Source: Marsupella aquatica
Lineage: Eukaryota > Plantae > Marchantiophyta
Length of the DNA stretch: 64,000 nt
NCBI GenBank assembly: GCA_973895155.1
Contig: OZ316899.1
Location: 14,387,934 to 14,451,933, forward strand
Direction: 5' to 3'
Numbering within the stretch: the stretch's first letter is position 1; each line of letters opens with the position of its first letter. Positions 24,867-37,280 of this stretch are shown piece after piece. A model generated the notes under the pieces. The model searched no databases and was not told the origin of the DNA. It saw only the letters and a list, made by a program, of their open reading frames with translations. Made by a program: the position numbers and the translations under genes.

Positions 24867-27069
24867 GTGTGGACAAAGGCAACCGTGCTGGGAGAAACAT
24901 CCACAGCAGCCGCCATGAAGAGGAAAGGGCCCAAAAATGAAGAGGCCACCCCCGCAAAGAGAACAAGGTCGGCGGCACCAAGAAAGCAAGGGAGGAGGAG
25001 GCAGGGGGAAGCCAAAGAATAGGAGGTTGACCCAATCAATGCCATTCCAACGGGGGATGACACTTGGAGGGGCTGGGCGTCGACCCTCCCAGAGGAAGTG
25101 CAATTATACTTTGCACGAGAGGAGGATGTATGCTTTACAGCTATGCAGACTTGGAAGTACCAGGGCTTCATGGCCGGATCCGACTTGGAAGCCTTCGTGA
25201 AATTACCGTGGCTGAAGCCAAAGGTGCTGGATTTTGACTTATTGGAATTTGTGGGATCATGGGATCCCGAGACAAATTCCACAAGGGTGTATGGGAAGGA
25301 TTTCTATCTCACTCCCCAGGTGATTGTCAAAGTGTTTGGCTTGCCAATGGGCAATAAGACCAAAGTAGATACCCGGAAGACCATGCCAGACAAGGAGTTC
25401 AGATCATTCCCAGGGCCATCAACAAAGAATGGCTTCTTTGGAACACCTGCACCAACCCGCACATTGGTGAGATGATCAATTTCTTGCGGGTAACCATGCA
25501 CCGCAACTTGCCGAGACCAGTGATCAGCAAGGCATAGGTCAGACCCAAGCCGGGACTACAACGGGTACCTCCTCACCCAACTAAAGAAGATCTTGAAGGA
25601 GGAACAACAGGTGATCGACCAGGGAAGCGTGTCCCGGCTTCGCTATCACATGTCATTGTTGTACCGGTATGCCCGGAGTCAGATCTTTGCCCCAGTACTT
25701 CCCTTGCAGGCAAGGGCAGCAGAGAAACCCAACCAGCCCGACAGTCCTACGATCAAGAAAGTATTTAGGCCAAGGACGGAAAACTTGCCGATGCAGCAAC
25801 CAGGCATGCAAAATCTTCTGAAATTGCTGGAGAAGGAAAAGAAGGCTGCGACGGCAATGGCAACGGCACCGGTACAGGACACTACTCAAGAGGCAGGCCT
25901 AAGCCAACTCACAAGGGAAAACCCCTTTATCGGAGCCAAGGAAAGAAGGAGGCCAGAACACGAGCCAGGGGTTTGGATGTATGTGGGAGCCGCGAGTCCA
26001 AAAACTGATGGAGAGCAGCCCAAAGCTCTTGGTTGCGATAAAAAGAAGGAGAGGACAGCCTGGAAGCCGGAGGAGGAACCAGGACCCATGAGCTGTGTTT
26101 GGCAGGAGGCCGCGTTTGCAGCAAGATCAGGAGAGGAGCGGGGGAAGCCGGTAGTCCAAGCTGAGAGGGAGGTGGTGGAGGACTACGGCAATGACGACTC
26201 CGGCTATGGGTCCGACCATCATGTCCTAGGAGTGAGGACATGTGGCCGCTTCATCCCCACGTTTCCTAGAGTAGTTTGAGGGGACCCCAACTAGCAGAGC
26301 AGCCCCGAGTGTCCCCCACCAGATGACGCTCCCCCGACATTCGACTGGATAAAATAGACGGCACAAGAGTTGCAGGAGCGACTCAAGGAACAAGAGGAGG
26401 CAACCCTGGCCAAGGAGAAGGATTTACCTAGGGGAGAATGGCCAGAGGACATCCGGCGGCTTGTAGAAAAACAAAGCAGCCCTCGGACACCCACGTTAGA
26501 AGAGATCCGAAAGGGGGCTTGGGAACAAAGGCCGCGGTGGGTGATGCCGATGACTACTACTCACTCCACATATGCGCAAGATAGAGCCATGGAGTACGGG
26601 GAGATGTGTGGGGAACTTGCGCTCAACATCTTTGGGGAGGAGTTGGAGCAGGGACCTTTTTTCCAGAGGGAGATGTTGGAAAAAATCCAATTGGAAGAAA
26701 CGGTGGCTTTGGAGAGGATGAAGAAGGACGAGGTCATCCGCCGGCTTAGGGAGAAGGAAGCCAAGGTAGAAGACCTGAAGGTGGCCAAGAAATCCCAAGA
26801 TGAGCTGCAGATTAAGAGGCATGAGCTCAACATCATGTAGGGGCAACTGGATACGGCTCAGTCTGATAATCAAATTATCAAGGATAAACTGACTTGGACC
26901 CAAGGGGAGTTGGCCGACGCGGTCAAGGAAAAGGAGAAATGGAAGCGGGAGTTGAAGGACGTAGAGGAGGCCCACATAGCAACCAACAATCAGGCATGGC
27001 GGAAACATAGAGGAAGGAGAGGGCGCTAAAGGGGGAGCTTGAGGATCTCCGCGGAGCCCTTGAGCAGAA

Positions 27070-27352
27070 AGTCGCGGAACTCGACTACCTTAACACTTAG
27101 CTCCGGCATCGCTGACTCCGACGCCAAGCTCCCTTATGGTCCAGGCCCGGATAGGTCATCTGGGGAGGACTTAGCATGGGGAGACTTGTGGGCAATGAGA
27201 CGTGGCACTAGCAAGGCAAGGAGCCAAGCTGGGGGCACACACTAAGGACTTGGACTAATTTATGGCTGGTCAGGTCAAGGGGAAATGGGTCGGGCTCAAG
27301 GATGGTCGTCCGGACCTTCGGATGGACTTTGAGTTTTGAGGGCTTGGGAGTG
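27070..27352 (+). mobile_element. LTR fragment (family C), homologous to the chromovirus 3' LTR
   Basis: Matches the reverse complement of ~35761-36044 (AGTYGCGGAACTC.ACTACCTTAACACTTAGCTC...). Confidence 0.8.
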
Positions 27353-27354
27353 AG

Positions 27355-27956
27355 TGTCACAATCACACCGGTAGGAGTAGCGGTGGATGTTGCTAGAGTG
27401 CTACTAGTAAATGGTGTGCCACTCTGGCTAGTGCTGCTAGAAGAAGCAACAGCTATGGCAATGGGTTGAGCACCAGCACTAGTACCATAGGTGATGGACA
27501 CGTAATAAGGCGATGAATGCTGCCTCCATGCCTCAATCTCAATCAAATGAGCCTTCCGAAACTCATGGTAGTCATCCATGGGTGGCCCTTCCAAATGCTG
27601 AAATAATCCCTTCCATGCCATGAAAGGGGTAAACAATGTGGCGTTACGCAATGTCTACATATTGCACCATGTATCAAACTCCTGGATGAAGTCATCCAGA
27701 TCAATCATGCCAACTGCACCAGAGTATCGTCGTGGGCCCTTCGTAGCCCCTATATCTCTTCCATATCCCACAACAAAGGTGCAATCACCTGATGACAAGG
27801 AGAACTGGTCAGAGAGTCCTCATCAGAATCACTGTCTGAAGTTGTGTTGCTGATTGCTACCAATGTCGCTGGCCAAAATTGTGCCCCACTCCGAGTGAAA
27901 CCATTCCGTCGTCCATCGGGTAACCTAGTAGCACCAGAAGAATCCGTGGTGACCAA
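27355..27956 (-). pseudogene. Probable N-terminal gag fragment of another Ty3/gypsy element
   Basis: Broken frame reading ...RYSGAVGMIDLDDFIQEFDTWC...LFTPFMAWKGLFQHLEGPPMDDYHEF, gag-like by recall only. Confidence 0.45.
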
Positions 27957-29612
27957 CCTAACTTAATCTATATGCTAACCCTAAGGGCAATCTGTAACTA
28001 GAATGTCCGGTTGTAAACCCGGATCACTCCTATAGAATCAAGCGCCCACGCCAAACTAACATGGCGCATAAACAAGAAGCATGTGTGGAGAGGATCCAAC
28101 AACAAGAATGGATATAATTCAACTCTCCACACAAAAGCAAATGCAAACCAATATAATAATGTTCATAAGGTTCAACATATAGCCTTCATAATAGGCTTTA
28201 CAATGTTCAGTGTCATAGCTAAGAATCCATGCAAAACTGGTTCAATCCGGATGAACTAAGAAGCATCAAAAACCTCACAGGAGCTTATGATTTGGCCCAA
28301 AATGACACTCTAAACAAACTAGAATGTGTATAACATTCCTAAGTGTTCATTTCTAAACATCAAAGTAGAAAGGAATGTGTGTACACACAAGCACTTAAGA
28401 ACCACATAGTTAAGCGTGTGGGGAAGGAATAGCTTTGGGATGGGTGACCTCTCACTTGTAGTTATGCACCAAATTGACCGCTCCAATTTCAGTAGCTTGC
28501 AACTACTCCTCACGTACCAGCAAGCTGCCTTGCTGGCCCGCTCGCTCCTGCTCTGCCCTCACGCCCCTTGTCCCAAGTAACCACAAGTTGCCTCGAAGCC
28601 TCTAAACGCCAAAGTGAGCCCTCAACGCTTCGCTACACCGGATTGGGTTTCAAATTTGGCAACATTCGGACTTGGCTCACGTCCACTACGTCAGATCAGG
28701 TTCCAAATTTGGCAACATTTAGACTCGGCTCCCCCATTTCCTTCACACAAAGTTGTGGATCTGCTACGGCAGCTACAGTCTGTTGGATCTATACCTTCCG
28801 TGATGGACCACACATTCGGCAACATACGCGACTGTTGGCAGTCACTTTCTTCACCAAAACACAGGCGATTGGACTTCGCAACACGATCGTGTCAATCCTG
28901 CAACATTTGCGCCTCTGTTTTGTCACAAAAAATGCACAGTCGAACACGGCCGCACCTTGATTGACTCAACTTTGCAACATCAAGACTTAGTCTCTTTGCA
29001 AAACAGCAGATTGAGTGCACAATGCTGATTAGCAGCCTGAGCACCTCTCGCCAACTTTGATTGGCACCACCGATGCCTCCTTCAAATCGCCAACATGCTA
29101 TGTCCACAAATCGCTCACAAATACGACAACAAGATATCTAAATGAAACTGAAGATCAGACCTCGGATCCCCAACGATCAAGCTACCAACGATCCAATCAA
29201 GCAACACAACACAATCCAAGATACCACGAACTGTCAATCAAATCTTGAACAAACTTCTGTTTGCACAATCCGCACAACAGAGTTTGAAGCTCAGATCTTT
29301 CAATGTAATCTTCACAACGATCGACGCCAACAATACGCACTCAATCCCGTCCAATCTGATCACACACATATGTCGAGCCAACGCACCTTGCACTCAAGGA
29401 ATCCACGCTACATAGAGAGAGCTTTCAGCCACCATAGCCACCACACAAGCTCTCCTCTCCAAGGCTCATCATTGAAAGATAACCTTTCAATGCCTCACAA
29501 GAGAGAACTACCCTCTCACACAAACCTAATGGAACCTTATCGGCTCATATAGTACACATACCAAACATACGGATCTAGATAGTACAATACACTCTAACAC
29601 TACCTAGAATGG

Positions 29613-29872
29613 TGTGACACCCTAGAGCCTAACTGAAGTGGTATGGGTGCGAGAAAGGTCAGTCCCTAAATCTGGTGTCCATTCCCCAATGTCGGCTTCG
29701 GTTTGCAAGCTATCCCCTGATTCGGCACAAAAAACTTTGGGCCCCAACGGATACCCCTAGCCCAAGTTATGCCCGTTTTCCCAAGGCCTATTTTTGGTGT
29801 AAAGTGGGTGTAAACAGTGACCCAATTACACTTGAACCTTACACTCCCCTTATGGGGATTCCAGGTGTCACA
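29613..29872. mobile_element. 260-bp LTR-like unit with 9-bp inverted ends
   Basis: TGTGACACC...GGTGTCACA; flanks (AATGG / AGGGC) are not a TSD. Confidence 0.45.
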
Positions 29873-31648
29873 AGGGCCATGACTCTCATAAGGATCACGT
29901 TTCTTATCACTTAGGGCAGAGTTACTAAGGAGATGGCTCTTTCTTCTCACAGTAGGATCGTGGAAGAAGTTAGCAGCATGAATGAAGGAGCACCATGGAT
30001 GAAGCAACAACATGGATCTCGTGTTGTTGGTCAATAGCTTGCCATAGTCCTCCATAGCTCACAGCCAGTAGCTCAATTCGTAGCTCTTTTGGTCAATTTG
30101 CAACTATCCATAGCTTCTTCAATTCATAGCTCATAGATTGATTTGAGAGGCAACACTTCTTCTAATTGTTGCATCGATCTTGAATTTTACAGTTGCGCCC
30201 TCAATTAGCTGGCTGGCTATAGCAGCACCTAGTGTAGCCAGCCATAGCTCCATTCTCCAGCAACCAGCCCTCTCAATTTTGCAGCTAGAATTTTACACCA
30301 ACACTATTGAGCTTGCAGCATGCTTACTAATTAGCCAACCATCCTTTCTTTCTCAGCTCAACCAGCACTCAGCATCTTGTGCTTGAAGCTGTAGTAGCTC
30401 AATTCAATTTTGTAGCTACTCTTCTCAATTAGTAGCTGTAGCCCTTACATAGCTTGCAATAGGCTCTTTAATTCAAAACTAGCAGCACTCCTAATTTCAG
30501 CCATAGCTCTATTCCAATTAGCAGCATCAAGGCAACCAGCCAATTCTGATCAGCACCATCGAGCCAGGTCAATTCAAGCGGCCCTTCCTTCAATTCAGCC
30601 GCCCTTGTGCTCAATTGGCACTCAAGCAACACATAACATCTTTGGACAGCCTCTTGTGCTTGACTTTCTCACTGGCCTCGTGCTTGAGTCGTGACTTATA
30701 TTGTGCGTCGTCATTGCAACACTTCCTTGGCTGTTTTGGACCGCCCCAAAAAATCACCCATGAGTCCAAAATGACTTTTGAGTATGTCCACTGATTCTTT
30801 GGACATAGGCCTATGTCCTGGTTTACTAAGATCTAAACAAAACCCTATAATCAATTTTCTATAATTAGGTAAAGAGGGTTAATTTTTATGTTTTCCAAAA
30901 TTCTTCTCAACTTTGAGGTGCTCCCAAAAAGTAACAAAAGGTAACCAAGTTCTCCCATAAATTTCCAGGGATATAATGGTCACTAGTAAACTTATATTTT
31001 GACTTAGACCCTATATTTTTGCCTATTAGCTGTTTTTTCCAGGATCCGCTATTTTGTTAATAACACAAGGAAACCCTAGGTTGAGACCCCACTTGACGTC
31101 ATACTTCACAGAGGTGCTCTAAAAACACTCCTAACACCTATGGGAAAAACTTTAACCAAAATTAAGACTTCAAGTGTCGGGTCATTTTCCGGTCTAATTT
31201 AATTGCCTATTATAACTAAGGAAAAAACATTTGCTCCCCTACCATAAAGACCTCACTTATCCCTTGACACTTTCTTAGAACAACATATCTTCTCCCTTAC
31301 ATTATTTCCTACTAGCCTTCCTTAGCTACTTAGGGTTGCAAACCCTAAATACTTTGCTAACACTAAAACATCTTTCTTACTATTCCTTGTTCAAAAAGCA
31401 AAAAATGACAAGTTTCTTACATAAACCTATATGGAGCCATTCTATATCAACGCATCCTCATCATCAATTGCAAAATCATCCTCTTGCAATCAAGATGAAT
31501 CAACCCAATGTCCATACCTAGGAGGAGCACGTACAGTGCAACCATATGTTCTTCTAGTTGATGACTTCGATTGAATTACGTCTCCTGTACAATTTGAATC
31601 TCAACAGCATCCACTTGCTGCTCACCAGCATCAACAAACTCCTCTTGT

Positions 31649-34600
31649 GGTACGCCGTGGTTTGTTGATCCAATCACGTCTTGACAGGTTCTATTTTAGT
31701 GAGAAGGGGAGATGGACGGACGAAATAATTGAGCTTGCCCATTATGGGTCTTTGGCTCTATCTGATCATGATCCGGTGATTGTGACTTTCCGTTTGGGTC
31801 CCATTTGCGTGGTTGAATCTGGAATTTGAAGAGCCACTTACTTTAAGGCTAATCTGTCGTGCTACAAGACACTACCAATTTGGAAAAACTCAGATTGGCT
31901 TGGGTGGTGGAAGTGGGACCTGTTGCTGACCCACACTTAAAATTTGCCCAGGCTTATCAAAGGCTTCGTATCTGCTACATGGAACTTCAGACTGTTAACC
32001 AACCTCGAGAGGTGGAATTGGCATTACTAAAAGATAAGCTACGCCTGCTGAAAATGAGCATTATGGAGGATTACTCTATGGGCAGCATCCGCGACTATGT
32101 TTCCATGGAGGAGTGTGTCCGGGCGCTGGACTTGGAAGCGGCTCATCACTACCGTCGGCTTTCTCAGATTAAATGGCTTGGTCAAGGGGACGAGCCCTCT
32201 AAATTTTACTTTTCCATGGTTAAGGCTAGACGCCAGCGAGAACTGATGGAATCCCTCACGGTTGCGGGTGATCGGGTGATCCTAGATGAAACACTCATTC
32301 TAGAAGAGGTACACAGACACTGTGAAAAAATTTACTCCCCTTTGGAGCTGGATGCTGAGCACTGCTCTGAGAGGACTGCTGCTCGCCGCTTGCTTTGCAG
32401 TCACACCTTTTTTGCCCCTACTGCAGCTGAGATCAGGCGACTTGCAGAGCTACCTTCATTACAAGAACTACATAATACTGTACTTCTGCTGCCAACTGAC
32501 AAAGCACCGGGCATTGATGGGATGACCGCTGAAGTGCTTTCTGCCTGCTGGGAATTTATGAAGGAAGACATGTATGATATGGTCTGTGACTTCTGGCGTA
32601 CTGGCCTGTTGGCATCCTGCATCAAGGATGGGGTTATTTGCTTCATCCCCAAGAAAACTGACAAGCGACGACTTGGGGATTGGCGCCCCTTAACTATGCT
32701 GACTATCACATACAAACTTATTGCTAAATTGCTTGCCATGCGACTCAAGGTACTTTTACCTTGAATGATCAATTTGCAGCAGACCGGCTTCATCCCTGGT
32801 CGCCATATCCTTGAAAATATCTCTCTCACATGGCTTATGCATGACTGGCTTAATTGCTAAAACCCCTGCCCTATTCCTGAAACTCGATTTTGAAAAAGCA
32901 TTTGACAGAGTGGACCATTCCTATATTTGGGAGACAATGCATTTGCTTGGGCTTGGCTCACAATTTATCTTTCTTGTGAAGTCCCTGCTTAGTCATGGAT
33001 GCTCCAAGGCTCTAGTGAATGGTCTGTGGACAGAAGATGTACAGATGCTTCGTGGAGTTAGACAGGGCTGCCCCCTGTCGCTTTTACTTTTTGCTATTTC
33101 CACACAACCGCTTATGGATTTTTTCAATGCGGAGATTGCTGCTGGGAGACTGCAAGGCATACAGATCTCTGAATTCCTGAATATTTGTTTTCGTCTCTTT
33201 GCCAATGACCTGGGTTTATTCATCCCAGCCACAGAAGTGGCTTTCGAACAGGCTAGAACTGCCATTCACTGCTACGAGACGGCTACAGGAGCGAAGCTAA
33301 ATCTACGGAAGTCAATTGTTATACCCATTGCTTTAGATGGGATGGGATCCCAGATTGGCTTCGCGCCACTGGATATGTGATCTCTGAGCCAGGCTCGGTG
33401 CAGAAATACTTGGGAGTCCCCTTCGGCACTGGATTGACTGAGAGTCAACTTCACAACTTCTGTCTAGACCGTATTGGAGCCAGACTCTCATCCTGGTCGA
33501 CGCGGTTCCTCTCTTTCACTGGTAGATTACTGTTGGTCAAACATGTACTTCAAGCCATTCCCGTGTATCATATGATGTTTTTGCGATCGCCTAATTTGTT
33601 AACCAAGAAACTGACAGCATTGAGTAGACTGTTTTTATGGGGTACTAATGACCAGGGAGGAAAACGTATTCCGCTGGTTGCATGGGATAAATTATCCCGA
33701 CCAAAAGCTGATGGGGGGCTTGGTCTGAAGGATTTCAAAAGTCATTCGAATGCTCTTCTCAGTAAGTGGTTCACTGGTGCATTGGATCATCCGTATTCTG
33801 AGTGGGCCCGATTGTTTGCTGAGAATCTACACTTAGCTAAATGGAGGAACTATAAGACGGTCCGCGGGAACAGATATTCTATGTCAGATAAGATGCTGCT
33901 CAGTACTCCCCGTTCATTTGGTCAACTAATTTACACTGGTCAGATCTGGACTTCTTCGATGGAGGTAAGAGCTAATTTTCTTTTCTTTCTTGGGGAGATT
34001 GCTATTCCAGGCCATTGGGGTATTGAAGACTTGCTCCGCTGTTTGATAGGCTTCTACGATCTCGTTGAGACAGACCTACTTGCCATTGTCAAGATATGTG
34101 GCAGGTTAGGAGTCAGAGTTGTTGGTGATTTATGATCCCCTGTGGATGGGGTTTGGAGGAACTTTGAAGATAGACTTCTTAGATTTAGAGGCTTCTCGGG
34201 TGCTGAGAAGAGCTGGGGCCTCGCCTTCCTCAATGTTGTTCTTCGATCTGGACACCGGGGCAGTGCCTTTGACTCTGTGGCTCGGCAATGGCGTTGGCTT
34301 GATAAGGAGGCGGTGCCCCTGCGCTTCAGTATACCTAACAGTAGGGTATACGAGATGCTCCGCCCGAAGGGCTCTGACTTTATTAGACTTAATCAAATTT
34401 GGCATGAGACCCTGACGGAGCTTGAGTGGAACTATGTCTGGAAAGTGGTTTGGACTGCTGATCTCTCCACAAAAGCCAAAACCTTTTTGTGGAGGATCCT
34501 GGCACAGGGCCTCTTCTCGGGGTCATAGGCGCTACGAATTGGTAAATCTGATGGCTGCTGCACGCTCTGCACGGGAATAGTTGAGACCATCCCGCACATA

Positions 34601-34987
34601 TTTCTTTTATGCAGGCATGCCATCCATTGTTGGGTCACTGCTAGCGGCTGGATACATGGAATTTTAGCAATTGGCAGGATGAGCATTGTGGGCTTACTCC
34701 TTTCCACGCCTGGGAAGGCCCCTCGGACTACACTACGTACCTTTCTTCTATTCCAGACTTTATGGTCTATCTGGTTAGCTAGAAATGGGCACACTTTTGA
34801 TAGAACTAGACTGAGGACTTTTGATACATGGCAGGTTTTCTTTGAAACTATTGACCATCTGAATGCTATTGCTTTAGCTTCGCCCTTGAGCAACAAGCAT
34901 GTACGCCTTACCAAGGCTAGATCTCTCCTTGAAGTAGAGAAACTTAGGATTTTAGGTCGGGATACTCAAAGTACTGCAACTCATTGA
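31649..34987 (+). pseudogene. LINE ORF2: endonuclease C-terminus, reverse transcriptase, zf-RVT
   Basis: SRLDRFY and SDHDPV (APE endonuclease); KAPGIDG, WRPLTML, LKLDFEKAFDRV, GVRQGCPLS, FAND, KYLGVP (RT); KTFLWRI plus CxxC...H...C; several frameshifts and stops. Confidence 0.93.
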
Positions 34988-35324
34988 AGCATGGCTACTC
35001 CATTGCCTTTGACAAGTTGACACTTTGGTGTTGCTAGACTGAGCAATCTTGCTTCTGCTTAGACTTTGCCTCAGGTTCTCCTGAGACTAGGATTACTCTG
35101 ATCCCTAGGAATACTCCTTTTGACTTGGATTGACACTTGGGATCCCCTGTCTGATCCCTAGTTACATTCAGACTTGCTCTCTTATGGATTATGCTACCGC
35201 TTTGATGTGTGTGTTTTTTTCTGCCCTTGATGGCCTACCGCCTTTTGGCCTGCCTGTTTCCCCCATCCGTGGGGTTCACGCGGAATAAATTTCAAAATAA
35301 AAAACAAAACAAAACAAACAAAAA
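31649..35324 (+). mobile_element. 5'-truncated L1-clade LINE
   Basis: 13-bp TSD AAACTCCTCTTGT (31636-31648 and 35325-35337); AATAAA at 35284; A-rich tail. Confidence 0.95.
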
Positions 35325-35479
35325 AAACTCCTCTTGTTCCTCTAGCACATGAACTAGCTCCATGCTTGGAGCATCTCCTTCTCTCTGATCATGCACCTCT
35401 TTGATCATGCACCTCATGATCAATCTCCCCCTCAACGAGATCCAGGAAGCCTTATCCCATCCAAACGAGCAACCTGTCT

Positions 35480-36621
35480 GAGTCAGCATACCGGCGACTG
35501 ACCAGTGATGACTTGCCCATTAGCCACTATAAAGGGACCTTCCATTGCCCAAATGTTTTGGCACGACATCGCCTTGCCCCCAGGACCTGCTCGCCTTAGC
35601 CCGTTGTGATCGGGCCAACCCAGTGCTCATGCCTAGGCCCTCAGATCTCATTGCCGCTTGGGGCCCCCGATCGGCCAAACCCGGATTGGGCCATAACTTG
35701 CGCCCCAAGCATCCGTTGCCCATGGCGTCAACTCCATTGGCCTTGGGCCCAAGAGGAGATCTCACTCAAGCCCTCATAACTCAAAGTCCGTCCGAGGGTC
35801 CGGACGGTTGACCTTGAGCCCGACCCTTTTCCCCTTGACCCGACCAACTCTCAGCTAATCTAAGTCCTTAGTGCGTGTCACCAGCTTGGCGCCTTGCCTT
35901 CGCCAGTGCCATGTCTCACTGCCCACAAGTCTCCCCATCCTAAGTCATCCCGGATGGCCTATTTGGGGCCTGGACCTTAAGGGAGCTCGGCGTTGGAGTC
36001 ACCGACATCAGAGCTAAGTGTTAAGGTAGTGGAGTTCCGCAACTTGCACCCCCCTTAAAAATGGTCACGTCCGCGTGACCTAAGTAAATGTTCCAGCATG
36101 CCTAGACCACTTTAGGTCTTAAAAATATTATGAGGTAACAAAAGGTTTGCCCATAAGGCTGATGCAAACCAGGTTGGTATGCGCAATCCAGACTTAGGAA
36201 ATTCCAACCTATCCCACCTATCCAAGTAGGATGCCATTCCAAGCGGGTAAGCTAACTCCAAACTCGTCGAACCCATTGTTCTCGCATTGGGGTACTCCCT
36301 TTAGTTCAAACCAGCCCGCCCACAGATGTGACGCGGGCACCATCAACTTCCACTCACAAAAAACAAATCGGCCGCCCAACAACCTCTAGTGCCCACGCAA
36401 TCCAACTTTATCCTCAAGAGACCAGGAGGAGTGAAACTAGGATACAACTCACAAAGGTAGCTATAGTTCCCTCTACCAGTTCATGATGGTGGTAGGCCGC
36501 TTTGCTTATGATAGCTTCCAAGGATCTCTGGGGCATTACCCAAATTTTCTTCTGGTTCCCAAGTACTCTCGGTCTGATCATAGCCAACCCACTTCACCAA
36601 ATACTCTAAGATTTGCCTTCC
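35480..36621 (-). mobile_element. 3' end of a chromovirus Ty3/gypsy: chromodomain C-half, 3' UTR, PPT (~36049-36056) and 3' LTR (~35480-36048)
   Basis: Minus strand GRQILEYLVKWVGYDQTESTWEPEENL...* (stop at 36481); AAGGGGGG tract then sequence repeated at 27070. LTR far boundary is approximate. Confidence 0.8.
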
Positions 36622-36639
36622 TAACACTAGTACATTTTA

Positions 36640-37090
36640 TCGCCCTTTTCCGACAATGAAAGTATTGGAACCCTTTGGCAACTTGCAACCAGATTTTTGG
36701 AACTTCCGATTACCACAACATCGGAACATGCCATTTCTGCACATTGGATATAGACCATCGGACAAGTATCGGAAACACCGATATTACCTTCATCGGACCA
36801 TCCGTAATCTAAAATATCGGATATTTTACTATCCGATGCCGGAAGTGTCGGACCACTACTTTGTCGCCTGTTCTATTTAATTCGTGTCCGATTGTTGTCC
36901 GTTTGTTAAGACATCGAAATATCCGATATTAGTAGTTTTGCAAGTTCCAATGCGGTAAGATTTGGAAGATCCAAATGTTCTGGAATGGGGAAGTCCAATA
37001 CAAAGTGCATCGGAAGGTCGTGGTTTTGGTTGGATGGAGTGGGATGATTTGTGGGTTTAAGTATCGGAATGGCATCGGAAAGAGTGCTTT
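36640..37090. repeat. Left subterminal ATCGGA/TCCGAT motif array
   Basis: Many direct and inverted copies next to the TIR, typical of CACTA TnpA-binding regions. Confidence 0.8.
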
Positions 37091-37280
37091 GGGAAGCGGG
37101 GATGCCACGCTTATTAGCATATTTAGTGGGTTAGGGTTAGGGTGAGGATGAGGGTTAGGTGTAGGGGTGTTTTGGAGGCATTTTGGAGCTTATTGAAAAA
37201 ACCATGCAACATAGATCTAATTCTAACCCATGCATGGCCAAAAAGGGTACTCAAGCCCCTAAAATGAATATATACATATA

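Larger units (their letters stand above)
19875..27069 (+). mobile_element. ORF-containing LTR-like unit, copy 2 (pieces 19875-20178 and 24867-27069), split by copy 3
   Basis: The two pieces rejoin as GGAGGTGTGGACAAAGG, exactly as in copy 1 near 12731; only scattered differences from copy 1. Confidence 0.85.

Noticed and set aside
27957-31635. Genes or a definable LTR in the 28-31.6 kb block
   Set aside because: Short ORFs lack motifs, and no PBS, TSD or second copy lets me set boundaries; probably decayed LTR/UTR sequence with TAGC-rich low complexity.
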